Origin: Thermoproteus sp.
Lineage (GTDB): Archaea; Thermoproteota; Thermoprotei; Thermoproteales; Thermoproteaceae
Assembly (NCBI GenBank): GCA_049976425.1
Contig: JBMFIG010000024.1
Location: forward strand, 1-20,815
DNA: 20,815 nt
Reading direction: 5' to 3'
Below the pieces are notes generated by a model. That model was not told the origin of the DNA. It did no database searches and was given only the letters and a program-made list of their open reading frames with translations. The translations under genes and the position numbers were made by a program. The first letter of the stretch is position 1. Each line of letters starts with the position of its first letter. Shown piece by piece: positions 1 to 7,725 of the stretch.

Positions 1-87
1 CCTGTACGCCCTCTCCAGCTCAAGGAAGTCCAGAAGCTGGTTGCCGTCCAGCAGAAGCGGCACCGCGACAGAGCGCCTAACCACCAT
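1..87 (-). CDS. tnpB: N-terminus (partial, runs off window) of probable TnpB / IS200-IS605 family accessory nuclease
   Basis: ATG at 87 opens MVVRRSVAVPLLLDGNQLLDFLELERAYR. This resembles a TnpB N-terminus (beta strand then helix) and lies directly downstream of an IS605-type hairpin. Only 29 codons are visible. Confidence 0.5.
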   Translation of the reverse strand, partial: MVVRRSVAVPLLLDGNQLLDFLELERAYR

Positions 88-148
88 AACTAAATTAAGG
101 CCAGCTAAAAGCCCTACCCCACCCTAAAGGGCGGGGTCTGCGGCCGCA
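1..148 (-). mobile_element. Left end of IS200/IS605-family (IS1341-like) element, partial
   Basis: Subterminal palindrome at 116-137 reads ACCCCGCCC-TTTA-GGGTGGGGT on the minus strand (9-bp stem, one G-T pair), typical of IS200/IS605 ends. It is followed by the tnpB-like ORF with no tnpA in between. The boundary is approximate. Confidence 0.6.
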
Positions 149-156
149 TTTATAAA
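149..156 (+). promoter_or_regulatory. TATA box of lysK (probable leaderless transcript)
   Basis: TTTATAAA lies 20-27 nt upstream of ATG 176. Confidence 0.6.
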
Positions 157-175
157 CCGGTATCCGGCGGCCTCT

Positions 176-1207
176 ATGGATCTAAAGAGCTTGTTGTTAC
201 GCGCGCTGTCTATATATAGCCCGTCGCACGGCGAAGCCGAGCTGGCCAGATTCCTCCTCGGCGTCGTTAGGGAGATAGCCGACGAGGCTTGGATAGACGG
301 AGCGGGCAACGTTGTGGCGGTAAGAGGCAAGGGGGCGCCCGTCACGTGGCTCCACGCCCACATGGACACGGTCGTCGGGCCCCTCGAGGTGAGGGACGAG
401 GGCGATGTCGTGAGGGGGAGGGGCGCCGTCGACGATAAGGGCCCCCTGGTTGCGTACGTCGGGGCGTTCGCGTCGGCGAGGCCCTCCGGCACCTTGGTCC
501 TCGCGTTGGTGACCGCCGAGGAGGACGACAGCGCGGGAACGGAGGAGCTCCTCAGAGGGGGGCCTCCCAGGCCGGACTACGTCTACGTCGGGGAGCCCAC
601 TGACCTGCACGTGGCGTACGCCTACAGAGGCGGCGGGAAGGTGGAGCTGAGGCTGAGCACCAAGGGCGGCCACGCCTCCAGCCCTATCTACGGCAACCCC
701 TTCGAGGAGCTGTACGCCGTATATGTAAGGGCTAAGGAGGCGCTCAAGCACGGGGAGAGGTACGAGGACTTCACCGTGACGCCGACAGTCGTGAGGTGCG
801 GCGACGCCCCGAATAAGGTGCCTGTGGAGTGCGTCGCCGTGTTGGACGTCAGGATCCCGCCGGGCCATAACTGCGCCGAGCTCGAGGAACGCCTTAAGGG
901 GCTCCCCGCTCGCGTAAGATCCTGCGTGGACCCGGCAGAGGCGAGCCCCACGAACCCCGCCGCGAGGGCCTTGGTGAGGGGCTTGCTGAAGGTCGGCGTC
1001 GAGCCCAAGCTCAGCAGGAAGTACGGCACCGCCGACTTCAACCTGTTGATCTCGCTGACCAAGAACATAGCGGCGTTCGGCCCCGGCGATCCCAAACTAG
1101 CCCACACGGAAGAGGAGGCGATAAACGTCAGAGACGTGGAGACGGCGGCGAGGGCTTTGAGGCACGCGGTGGAGGAGCTAGGGCGTTGGGGATCCAAGGG
1201 CCAGTAG
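176..1207 (+). CDS. lysK: M20 family metallopeptidase, probable [LysW]-lysine/ornithine hydrolase (LysK/ArgE-like)
   Basis: 343 aa with M20 metal-binding motifs HAHMD, GRGAVDDKG, TAEED, VGEPT, GGHAS and GPGD..LAHTEEE. Confidence 0.8.
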   Translation: MDLKSLLLRALSIYSPSHGEAELARFLLGVVREIADEAWIDGAGNVVAVRGKGAPVTWLHAHMDTVVGPLEVRDEGDVVRGRGAVDDKGPLVAYVGAFASARPSGTLVLALVTAEEDDSAGTEELLRGGPPRPDYVYVGEPTDLHVAYAYRGGGKVELRLSTKGGHASSPIYGNPFEELYAVYVRAKEALKHGERYEDFTVTPTVVRCGDAPNKVPVECVAVLDVRIPPGHNCAELEERLKGLPARVRSCVDPAEASPTNPAARALVRGLLKVGVEPKLSRKYGTADFNLLISLTKNIAAFGPGDPKLAHTEEEAINVRDVETAARALRHAVEELGRWGSKGQ

Positions 1208-2362
1208 CCCCGCGATCGCCATGACGACGCCCACGGCCATTACGGACACCATGCCCACCGGCATTGAGCCGAAGATGCCGACTAGCAGAGGCGCCCAGCC
1301 GCCTATCAGTAGCCCCCAATTGTAGGCCACGCCGAGGCCGGTCGCCCTCTTCTCGACGCCGAACCTCCGCACGAGCACTAAGGGCACGAGCCCCATGGCG
1401 AAGTTCTCGAGGAAGGCCAAGGCCACGAGCGAGCCCGCCGAGGGGTTGAACATTAGGGCGTACGGCGCAAAGGCGAGGGCGGCCACAAGGCTCCCGACAA
1501 AAACGGCCCTATACCCCGCCACCAAGGCGAGCACGCCCCCGAGGAATACGGAGATCACGGCCGCGGCGGTCGACGCCGTCATCACCAACGGCGTGAGCTC
1601 GGCGAGGCCCACGTATTTGAGATATTGAGAATATATCAGATAGGTGGAGTAGTATATCAAGAAGAGCCCGGTCGTCATGGCTATAGCCTTGGCCAAGTCG
1701 GCCGAGCTCTCCAGGAAGAGGGCCGCGAGGGGGTTGCGCCTGGGCCTCCTCCACAGTGGGGACTCCACGGATCTTCGCCTGAGCATGAAGGCGAGGATAG
1801 CCGCCAGCGCGCCGGTCGCTATATATATCCTCCAGCCGAAGGCCGCGAACGCGGAGCCCATGGAGGCCGACATAGCCGAATAGACCAAGCTGGCGGCCAA
1901 CGCGCCTAGGGGATAGCCCGTCTGGGCGAAGGCAGACGATATCTCGCCTCTCCAGCCGCTCCACTCCATGATCATGGAGGTGCCGGGGCCCCACTCGCCG
2001 CCGAGGAACACGCCTTGAAGGGCGCGGAGGGCCAAGACAGCTATCGGCGCCGCCGCCCCCGCCGATTCGTACGGCGGCATGAGCGCTATGGCCAGGCCCG
2101 AGAGGGAGTAGCCGAGGGTAGTCGCCATAAGTCCGATCCTCCTGCCGGCCCAATCCCCGACGTAGCCCATCACGACAGAGCCTAGAGGGCGCATGACCAG
2201 AGTGGCCACCAACGTCGAGAGGCCGCCTAGGTAGCTGTACGGCCCGGGGAAGAAGACAGACCCGAGGAGGGGCAATATCGGGGCGACGAGAAGCGCGTCG
2301 TAGCCGTCCATGACCCAGCCGAGGTAGGCGGAGGCTATGGCGATAGACCTCTCTCTGGCCAT
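1178..2362 (-). CDS. MFS transporter (metabolite:H+ symporter-like)
   Basis: Highly hydrophobic, with GWVMDGYD, motif A GYVGDWAGRR, LRALQGVFLGGEW, GWR and ESP. Start placed at ATG 2362 because a TATAAAAA box lies about 25 nt upstream. Confidence 0.88.
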   Translation of the reverse strand: MARERSIAIASAYLGWVMDGYDALLVAPILPLLGSVFFPGPYSYLGGLSTLVATLVMRPLGSVVMGYVGDWAGRRIGLMATTLGYSLSGLAIALMPPYESAGAAAPIAVLALRALQGVFLGGEWGPGTSMIMEWSGWRGEISSAFAQTGYPLGALAASLVYSAMSASMGSAFAAFGWRIYIATGALAAILAFMLRRRSVESPLWRRPRRNPLAALFLESSADLAKAIAMTTGLFLIYYSTYLIYSQYLKYVGLAELTPLVMTASTAAAVISVFLGGVLALVAGYRAVFVGSLVAALAFAPYALMFNPSAGSLVALAFLENFAMGLVPLVLVRRFGVEKRATGLGVAYNWGLLIGGWAPLLVGIFGSMPVGMVSVMAVGVVMAIAGLLALGSPTP

Positions 2363-2409
2363 GGCGTAGGCTCTGCACATGTTTTTATATACTCCACACG
2401 CCTTCCGTG

Positions 2410-3555
2410 TCAGCTTTTATGGATATACGCGATGTGCGGGATCGGGCAGAGCGGGTCGTCGCCCCACATATCGCCTGTGAGGTAGTACGCCCTCGCCCTA
2501 TCGCCGCCTTTACAGTACTGCTTGAACCTACAGGCGCCGCATCTGGGGCCTCTGAGGTACCTCTCTGTGTTCACGAAGGGCTCCACGGTCTCGGGCCGGA
2601 GGATCTCGCGGAGCCTCCTCTCCCTCACGTTGCCCAGCTTGTAGAAGTCGAGGAACTGGCAGGGGTACACGTCCCCGTTGGGGTATATGGACACCATCTT
2701 CCTGCCGCACCCTCCAGCCGCCTCGACGAACCTCAGATACTCCTCCGAGCCCCCTCCCAAGAACTCGGCTATATATATCCCGTCGAAGGGCGCCAGCGTC
2801 GTCTCGATCTCTATCCTGCCGGCGTACTTCCTGGCGTATTCTATCAGCGAGTTGATGAAGGCTACGTACTGCTCCGGCGTGTAGTACCACCCCCTATCCA
2901 TCTTCTGGGCCCTTCCCGCCGCAGAGAGGTGGTAGAAGGTTATCCTCTTAACGCCGAGGGACACGGCGAAGTCTATGTACCTCGGCGCCTCCTCTATGTT
3001 CTTCGCCGTGACCGTGAAGCGGAGGCCCACGTCCAGCCCCGCCTCCACCACGTTCTTGATGCCGGCGAGAGTCGCGGCGAAGGCGCCCTTGACGCCTCTG
3101 AACGCATCGTGGTACCCCTCGTCGACCGAGTCCAAGCTTATCCCCACGTAGTAGAACCCCAAGTCCTTCAACCTCCTCGCGACTTCCCTAGTTATCAACG
3201 TGCCGTTAGTTGACAACACGAGCTTTATCCCCTTGCTCCCGGCATAGGCCGCCACGTCGAATAGATCCTCCCTAAGGAGGGGCTCGCCGCCCGAGAATAT
3301 GACCATGGGCACCCCCACCTCAGCCATCTGGTCCACCACGTCCATGGCCTCCTGCGTCGTCAGCTCGCCCGGATCTCTAGGCCCCGCGTCGACGTAGCAA
3401 TGCAGGCATTTGAGGTTGCAACGCCTGGTTATGTTCCAGGTAACCGCCGGCCTTAACGGCGCCGTGAAGTCGCTGGGCCTCCCCACGCCGTATCTCCCCT
3501 TGATCTTGAAGGAGGTGGTGCCGACGCCGGCCACCATCACGCTTATGGGTATCAC
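2410..3555 (-). CDS. Radical SAM/SPASM protein, NirJ/AhbC-like (alternative heme biosynthesis)
   Basis: CxxxCxxC in WNITRRCNLKCLHCY, SGGEPLLR, LSTNGT, YVGISLDS, and a C-terminal SPASM domain (VYPCQF, CGACRFKQYCKGGDRARA, DPLC). The N-terminus recalls AhbC. Confidence 0.8.
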   Translation of the reverse strand: MIPISVMVAGVGTTSFKIKGRYGVGRPSDFTAPLRPAVTWNITRRCNLKCLHCYVDAGPRDPGELTTQEAMDVVDQMAEVGVPMVIFSGGEPLLREDLFDVAAYAGSKGIKLVLSTNGTLITREVARRLKDLGFYYVGISLDSVDEGYHDAFRGVKGAFAATLAGIKNVVEAGLDVGLRFTVTAKNIEEAPRYIDFAVSLGVKRITFYHLSAAGRAQKMDRGWYYTPEQYVAFINSLIEYARKYAGRIEIETTLAPFDGIYIAEFLGGGSEEYLRFVEAAGGCGRKMVSIYPNGDVYPCQFLDFYKLGNVRERRLREILRPETVEPFVNTERYLRGPRCGACRFKQYCKGGDRARAYYLTGDMWGDDPLCPIPHIAYIHKS

Positions 3556-3587
3556 GAATCGTTTTTATTTCCGGTTTAAATTAATGC

Positions 3588-3917
3588 GTGTTGGAAATCG
3601 TCGCCTTCGTCCCCGCCAGGGTGGGCATCTGCAGAACTTGCGACGAGGTCGCCAAGGCCTTCAAGATAGAGCTGACGGAGGACCTCTTGGAGGAGCCCCA
3701 AGACGATCTAGCCGCACTGATGGCGGCCCTCGGCATGCTCGGCGACGTCCCCATCAGGTTCACAATCCCGACGTCTCTGAGAGGCCTCTATCTGATGATA
3801 AAGCACAGGTCGGGCAGGTTGCCGCTTGTAATAGTTAACGGCAGGCTGATCCACAGCGGGCCTGTGAGGAATCCGAGAACGTTGGCTGAAAGGATTAAAT
3901 TGTCCCTCGGAAAGTAG
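3588..3917 (+). CDS. Hypothetical protein, thioredoxin/glutaredoxin-like fold
   Basis: N-terminal CRTC (CxxC) and C-terminal LPLVIVNGRLIHSG, similar to the cis-Pro strand of thioredoxin folds. Start is GTG 3588 or TTG 3591. Confidence 0.65.
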   Translation: MLEIVAFVPARVGICRTCDEVAKAFKIELTEDLLEEPQDDLAALMAALGMLGDVPIRFTIPTSLRGLYLMIKHRSGRLPLVIVNGRLIHSGPVRNPRTLAERIKLSLGK

Positions 3918-3920
3918 ACG

Positions 3921-4777
3921 GTGGCCGATCTATTCTCGGAGGACGAGAGGCTACTCGCACTGCAACGGAAGCTGTCCCTATTAGGCTCTACGAAAGACGT
4001 GGTGGATGTAAGCGTCGGATACGCGTTGAGGTGGTGGACAGACTATATGAGGGAGAAGGGGGCAGATGCGCCGATGTGCTTTTCAAGATCCTATTGGCAG
4101 GCGGGCGCGTGGACGCCAAGGGGAATCCGCGGGGAGGCGTGAGGATACCCGCGTTGAGTTCCCCCCTCGGGATCCAGTACGTCGAGTTCCACGAGGCCGT
4201 GACGAGGTCGCTGGGGAGGCTCGACGAGGTCGCAGATCTCTTGAGGATCTCCGCGGTTACGTCCCAGTGGTACCGCCTCTTCATCGACGCCTACGTAGAC
4301 GTGTTGGGCAAAGTAGTGACCGGCAAGTTGCTTGCGCCGTACATAGGCGAGGTGTTTCCAGCCGTCGAGGAGCTGGCCAGCTTGGGCGTCTACATATATG
4401 GCTACGACAAGAGCAGAGAGGCGGCGGAGGACGCCGCCGAGGCCGGCCTCCCCTACGTCGAGATAGCGCCGGACGCTTGCGGCGCGGTTAAGGCAGTCTA
4501 CGACGCCATAGCGTTGGCGGACGGCCTTCACTGGTCCTCCAACCCCTACAAGGAGTTGAGGTGTCTCGCCGATAGGCTCAAGCCCGGCGGCAAGCTGGTC
4601 GTGGGCAACATCGACGCGTCGTCGTTGCCCTCCGTAGCCGCGGTGTTTCTGTGGGGCGGCGCCGCCAATTTCTTCACGTCGGGCTCGATCGAGGATCTGC
4701 TGTCGTCGGTCGGCTTTACGCGGGCGAGGCTCTATCTAAAGACGCCGTACTACCTCGCCGTGTGGGAGAAGGCCTAG
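3921..4777 (+). pseudogene. Class I SAM-methyltransferase-like gene split by a single-base frameshift near 4058-4062
   Basis: ORF 3921.. (MADLFSEDERLL...WWTDYMREKG) and ORF ..4777 (ADVLFKILL...YDAIALADGLHWSSNPYKELRCLADRLKPGGKLVV) fuse into 285 aa if one G is added to the G5 run. The C-terminal part has methyltransferase-like motifs. Confidence 0.65.
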
Positions 4778-5223
4778 TGGCACCGGCTGTACTTTAAATA
4801 CCGCAAGATCTCGAGCGGCGCCCCGTCGCCCCTAAGCTTCACGGAGATGGTCCTATCGGTCTCTGGGCAGTAGATCTCCACGATCAGCACGTCGCTCTTC
4901 TTCAGCAAGCCCTCCCGGCCCACTCTGTACAGCCCCTTGTGGCCGCCGAACTCGACCGGAGACCCCTCGCGGCTCAATCTGTCGCCGGGCCGCACCCTGA
5001 TCTCCAGTTCGTAGAACTTGGAACCGGCCTTGACGAAGTGCTTCACCTCGCCGTCTCTCACCCACTTAGCCCCGTCTCTCGTCACGTGGGAGAAGACGTC
5101 GGACGCCATGGGCATCACTACCACTTTCCAGTCGGGCGGGGCCGCCAACACGACAAAGTTGTAGACGCCGAGGATGCTGTTGCCCACCGCGATGGTGTGC
5201 CAGGAGTAGTCCTCAGTGGACAT
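4774..5223 (-). CDS. Hypothetical protein, last gene of the CstA/ArsA-like cluster
   Basis: 149 aa, protein-like composition; start overlaps the end of the upstream small gene by 11 nt. Confidence 0.75.
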   Translation of the reverse strand: MSTEDYSWHTIAVGNSILGVYNFVVLAAPPDWKVVVMPMASDVFSHVTRDGAKWVRDGEVKHFVKAGSKFYELEIRVRPGDRLSREGSPVEFGGHKGLYRVGREGLLKKSDVLIVEIYCPETDRTISVKLRGDGAPLEILRYLKYSRCH

Positions 5224-5476
5224 CGATCTCCGAGATCTCCTCCATGACGTCCCTATCCTTCATGACCTCCCTCTTGAAGTCGTAGAGGTCGCCGACGAAA
5301 TACGGCAGAAGCCTCAAGGCGTAGTACGTCGAGAGGAGGGGCACCCCTACGAACTCCCCGAAGACTAGGAACTCCGTTACCGTCAACAGCTGTTTGTGGG
5401 CCTTCGCGGTCTCCCTGTAAAGATCCAGGAGGAAGGCGCCGAAGAGGAAGTCGCGTATGGCTTGTGCCAGCCTCAT
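5213..5476 (-). CDS. Small CstA/ArsA-associated protein B (paralog of 7445-7693)
   Basis: 87 aa with motif GEFVGVPLLSTYYALRLLPY; ATGA overlap with the upstream ATPase stop. Confidence 0.8.
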   Translation of the reverse strand: MRLAQAIRDFLFGAFLLDLYRETAKAHKQLLTVTEFLVFGEFVGVPLLSTYYALRLLPYFVGDLYDFKREVMKDRDVMEEISEIDVH

Positions 5477-6450
5477 TTGACCAGCTCTTTGACGAACTGC
5501 CTCAGCCTATCAAGCCCTACTATGTCCTCGGGGAACAGCCTAACCCTGCTCAAGACGAGGTCGCCGAAGTATTGATCTATCAACGCGAGGTTTCTGGCCT
5601 GCTCCTCGCCCTTCGACTTCAGGAAGCCGGTCTTATCCATCTCCACCTCCTCCGGCGGTATCACCATATTCACCACGACACCGCCTATGGGTATCTCGTA
5701 GGCCTTGACCATGTCGATGAACCTCTTCACGACGGATATAGACAATACGGTCGGTATCGTGACGAAGACGAACCTGGTCTGTTGCGGATCCCTCAGAATC
5801 TCCCTGACCTTGGCGTACCGCTCCTGTAGAGAGATGAGGTCGTTCAACACGGGGTCCTTCTTTATCTCCTCGAGGACCTTCTCCTTGCGGAACGACAGCT
5901 GGTACTTCAGAGATAGGGCCTCCTGCCTCATCTTTATGGTCCTCTGGAGCCACAGCCCGTAGAGCTTGGAGAGGCCTATCAGCCTGACCGCGTTGGCCAC
6001 GGCGGCCATATCGAATATCACGCGGGAATAGTTACGCCCTTCGTTGAGCACTATGTCCATCATCTTGTCGAAGGCGGCGGCCTCGTGGAAGGATGGGTTT
6101 GTGGTTGCTATCTCCACCAACGGCCTGGTGTCCACCGGGAGCTCCGCCCACTTGAATATCTCCCTCAGCAACGAGGCCACCCTCTCCTTATACCTCTCGA
6201 CGACGTCGCCTATCTCGACCTCGACTGCGTAGAGGTTGTCCACGCCGGCCACGGGCTTTACAGCGCCTCCGCTCAGGTTCTGGCCGAACAGCGACGAGAG
6301 GGAGTGGACAGGGTTGAAGCTGGCCAGCAAGGTCTTCTCGCCCCTCTCGGCGTAGTACAGCGCCACCGCCGCCGAGACCACCGTCTTCCCGACGCCTCCC
6401 TTGCCGCCGAAGAAGAAGTACTTAGTCTTTGTGTCCAGGAGCGCCTTCAT
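5473..6450 (-). CDS. ArsA/Get3-family ATPase 2 with degenerate switch motifs
   Basis: Deviant P-loop GGKGGVGKTVVS, switch I FNPVHSLSS, switch II FDMAAVAN, and VVVN. Start placed at ATG 6450 (ATGA overlap with the ATPase 1 stop), giving 325 aa. Confidence 0.88.
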   Translation of the reverse strand: MKALLDTKTKYFFFGGKGGVGKTVVSAAVALYYAERGEKTLLASFNPVHSLSSLFGQNLSGGAVKPVAGVDNLYAVEVEIGDVVERYKERVASLLREIFKWAELPVDTRPLVEIATTNPSFHEAAAFDKMMDIVLNEGRNYSRVIFDMAAVANAVRLIGLSKLYGLWLQRTIKMRQEALSLKYQLSFRKEKVLEEIKKDPVLNDLISLQERYAKVREILRDPQQTRFVFVTIPTVLSISVVKRFIDMVKAYEIPIGGVVVNMVIPPEEVEMDKTGFLKSKGEEQARNLALIDQYFGDLVLSRVRLFPEDIVGLDRLRQFVKELVK

Positions 6451-7448
6451 ATGTACTCCTCGATGGATCTGCTCGGCGACCACAGCTCCCTGGCGACCAA
6501 CGACAGCGCCTCGAGCCCCTTGGGCTCTCTGTTCAACATAGGCACCACCGATATGACCAAGTCGCCGAACTTCTTCCTTATCTCGTCCATGTACTTCCTC
6601 TGCTCCTCCACTCTGTTCCTTATGTACTCGGGCATGTCTGGGTTCTTGGCGAGCTCGGGCGGGTAGACCTGGTTCACCACGATGCCCGTCACCTCGAGCC
6701 CCAGAGAGGAGAACATCTCGAGGGCCTTCTCGGTGTCCAGTATGCTCATCCTCTCGGGCGTGACGACCACCATGAAGGCGGCGGTCTCCCTATCCGTTAT
6801 TATATTGCGGAAGGCCACTATCCTGTCCCTTATGTACTGCAACTCCTTGAGTATCTCGTCCTCGTAGGTGAGCTTAGCCCGCTTCAGCGAGGCGGCGACC
6901 CTCCCGTACTCATATGCCTGCTTCCTCAGCTCCGTTATCTTCTCGACCCACTGGCTCAACACATCGGCCATGGCGACCATCCTTATGCCGTGTCCGAAAG
7001 GCGGCATATCGAATATGTAGTAGTCGTATTTGCCCTCGGCGACAACGTCCACCATGGCGTCGTAGACGGCGCTCTCGTACATGGCGGGCTCGGCCGCGGC
7101 GCTGTCTATGTACTCCTCCAGATCGGGCGGAAGCTTATCCAACCTATACATGTCTAGTATTTTCTTCTTTATGGAGGCCACGTACTCGTTTATCCTCTTG
7201 TCCGCGTCTATTTCGAGGACGTAGAGGTTCTCGGCTATCTTCACCTCGCCCTTGCCGAAGACGTCCCGCTCGAACACGTCGCTGAGCGAGGCCTGGGGAT
7301 CTGTGCTGAAGACGAGCACCTTCTTGTTCTGGGACAGCAACAGGGACGTGGCGGCGCTGAGCGTCGTCTTGCCGAGGCCTCCCTTGCCGGCGTAGATCAG
7401 GACCTTAAGCCTCGGCTTCCTCTCGAGAAGCCCCTTGAGGCCTATCAT
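6447..7448 (-). CDS. arsA: ArsA/Get3-family ATPase 1
   Basis: GKGGLGKTT, STDPQASLSD, IFDMPPFGH, VVTPE and IVVNQV; single domain of 333 aa with no cysteine. Confidence 0.9.
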   Translation of the reverse strand: MIGLKGLLERKPRLKVLIYAGKGGLGKTTLSAATSLLLSQNKKVLVFSTDPQASLSDVFERDVFGKGEVKIAENLYVLEIDADKRINEYVASIKKKILDMYRLDKLPPDLEEYIDSAAAEPAMYESAVYDAMVDVVAEGKYDYYIFDMPPFGHGIRMVAMADVLSQWVEKITELRKQAYEYGRVAASLKRAKLTYEDEILKELQYIRDRIVAFRNIITDRETAAFMVVVTPERMSILDTEKALEMFSSLGLEVTGIVVNQVYPPELAKNPDMPEYIRNRVEEQRKYMDEIRKKFGDLVISVVPMLNREPKGLEALSLVARELWSPSRSIEEYI

Positions 7449-7693
7449 GCTATCCTGTCGGTCACGTCCCTCTCCCTCAACATGTACATCTTCCAGGTCT
7501 GTATGTTGGGGTACATGTAGGGCAGAAGCCTAAGGGAGTAGTACGGCGGGAGTAGAGGTATGCCCAACATATCGCCGAGGGTGATTATCATGAAGAGGTT
7601 GTCTATCTGCGCCTTTATGCGGAGTATGGACGTGGCTTGTCCGTGGACGGCCATCCCCTCTATGACCTCTCTAATTCTGCTTAGAATTCCCAT
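7445..7693 (-). CDS. Small CstA/ArsA-associated protein A
   Basis: 82 aa with motif GDMLGIPLLPPYYSLRLLPY; ATGA overlap with the ATPase 1 start. Confidence 0.8.
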   Translation of the reverse strand: MGILSRIREVIEGMAVHGQATSILRIKAQIDNLFMIITLGDMLGIPLLPPYYSLRLLPYMYPNIQTWKMYMLRERDVTDRIA

Positions 7694-7712
7694 GAGGAAA
7701 AAGATGTAGGTG

Positions 7713-7720
7713 TTTATAAA
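7713..7720 (-). promoter_or_regulatory. Internal TATA box between cstA and the small-protein/ATPase genes
   Basis: TTTATAAA lies 20-27 nt upstream of ATG 7693. Confidence 0.55.
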
Positions 7721-7725
7721 GATGA

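Noticed and set aside
1178-1207. Convergent 3' overlaps (lysK/MFS 30 nt; sagB-like/MFS 33 nt at 13221-13253)
   Set aside because: Common in compact crenarchaeal genomes; no sign of a special function.
5473-7448. Arsenic resistance operon
   Set aside because: No ars permease, reductase, chaperone or regulator is present, and neither ATPase has the Cys residues needed for metalloid binding.
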